Positions 62,953-64,000 of a stretch of 64,000 nucleotides of DNA are shown here, piece after piece. The DNA is taken from NCBI GenBank assembly GCA_963798915.1, contig CAWCVB010000003.1:32001-96000 (forward strand), written 5' to 3'. Source of the stretch: an uncultured Gemmatimonadales bacterium (lineage in GTDB: Bacteria > Gemmatimonadota > Gemmatimonadetes > Gemmatimonadales > GWC2-71-9). A program made the translations under genes and the position numbers. Positions within the stretch are counted from its first letter, which is position 1. Each line of letters starts with the position of its first letter. The notes below the pieces were generated by a model that was not told the DNA's origin, made no database searches, and worked only from the letters and a program-made list of their open reading frames with translations.

Positions 62953-63789
62953 ATGGGCGGATATTTCAAGACGTTCATCCTGATGGCCGGGCTCCTGACG
63001 CTGCTGCTCATCGCCGGGCAGCTGCTGGGCGGCGCTCAGGGGCTGCTCCTCGCCGCCATGCTCGGCGGTGTGATGAATTTTGTGATGTTCTTCTTCTCGG
63101 ACCGGATTGTGCTCCGGATGTACCGTGCCCGTGTGGTCGCGGAGTCCGAAGCACCAGACTTGTTTCGCATGGTGAATCGGCTGCGCCAGCGCGCCGGGCT
63201 TCCCATGCCGCTGGTGGCCATTGCACCCCACGACCAGCCCAACGCGTTTGCCACCGGACGCAACCCGCATCACGCCGTTGTATGCGTGACCAGCGGCATC
63301 CTCGAGCAGGTGCCGCCCGAGGAACTTGAAGGCGTGCTGGCCCACGAACTGGCGCACGTCAAGAATCACGACATGCTGACCACCACCGTTGCGGCCGGCA
63401 TCGCCGGTATGTTGTCCTACCTCCCGTACCTGCTCATGTTCGGCGGTGGCGACGACGACAACCGTCATCCTGCGCTTCAGCTCGTATTCCTGCTGCTGGC
63501 CCCGATCGCGGCGATGCTGATGCAGTTCGCCGTCTCCCGCCAGCGCGAGTTCGAGGCCGATCGTGTGGGCGCGGAGATCGCCGGCAACCCATTGCCGCTG
63601 GCGCACGCGCTCGCCCGGCTCGACACCCTCGCCCATCGCATTCCCATGCGGGTGGCGCCCGCCGCTGCCCCGCTGGCCCAGGTCAATCCGCTCGCGGCCG
63701 CAGGCGGAGGCTTCAGCCGCCTGTTCAGCACGCACCCGCCCACGGCTGAGCGGATCGCCCGCCTCGAAGCGCAGGCGCGAGGCCGCTGA
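62953..63789 (+). CDS. htpX: Membrane zinc metalloprotease HtpX
   Basis: QPNAFATGRNP, AHELAHV, SRQREFEAD, LFSTHP; SD GGAG before ATG 62953. Confidence 0.93.
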   Translation: MGGYFKTFILMAGLLTLLLIAGQLLGGAQGLLLAAMLGGVMNFVMFFFSDRIVLRMYRARVVAESEAPDLFRMVNRLRQRAGLPMPLVAIAPHDQPNAFATGRNPHHAVVCVTSGILEQVPPEELEGVLAHELAHVKNHDMLTTTVAAGIAGMLSYLPYLLMFGGGDDDNRHPALQLVFLLLAPIAAMLMQFAVSRQREFEADRVGAEIAGNPLPLAHALARLDTLAHRIPMRVAPAAAPLAQVNPLAAAGGGFSRLFSTHPPTAERIARLEAQARGR

Positions 63790-64000
63790 ATGGGTCATCA
63801 CGGGTCCAGCGTCTGGATCGGGTTCTCGGCGCTGGTCGCAGCGCTGCTCTTCCTGGACCTGGCGGTCGTCAACCGTCGCTCGCATAAGCCCACCAGCGCC
63901 GAGGCACTCAAGTGGAGCCTGACCGTCATCGGGCTGGCGCTGGCCTTCGGCGGGTTCATCTACTGGCGCGAGGGCGGCGTGTCGGCGCTGGAGTACTACA
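63790..64000 (+). CDS. TerC/Alx-family membrane protein (3'-truncated by window edge)
   Basis: MGHHGSSVWIGFSALVAALLFLDLAVVNRRSHKPTSAEALKWSLTVIGLALAFGGFIYWREGGVSALEYY; ATG directly after the htpX stop. Confidence 0.82.
   Translation, partial: MGHHGSSVWIGFSALVAALLFLDLAVVNRRSHKPTSAEALKWSLTVIGLALAFGGFIYWREGGVSALEYY

Overview
GC-rich, densely coded 64-kb chromosomal segment, mostly housekeeping. Gene content and order suggest a Gemmatimonadota-like bacterium (inference, not checked). It holds about 64 CDS: tig-clpP-clpX-engB, trpE, maf, dtd, glmM-glmS, purD-mutM, a ubiE/ubiD/ubiA/ubiX (late futalosine-type menaquinone) operon, an ECF sigma/anti-sigma envelope module, nfu-mrp, amino-acid transporters, guaB, gpmI, fdhD-mobA-mobB-moeA and htpX-terC. 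I saw no tRNA, rRNA, IS, prophage or CRISPR. The most unusual features are mostly non-coding. (1) About a dozen short tandem arrays with strict 7- or 8-nt periodicity and different unit sequences sit almost only at gene junctions, often as inverted pairs; some supply stop/start codons or a promoter element. (2) Three SigW-like TGAAAC-N16/17-CGT(A/C) promoters may define a local ECF regulon. (3) A yybP-ykoY (Mn2+) riboswitch with a readable terminator/antiterminator precedes htpX-terC. Also present: a stand-alone PilB/GspE ATPase fused to a receiver domain, a 43-aa MetS-like ORF and a BON-domain remnant both missed by the ORF track, and two single-base frameshifts (glmM, M48 peptidase) that are probably assembly errors. 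All calls come from motif recognition by eye; no database searches were run.
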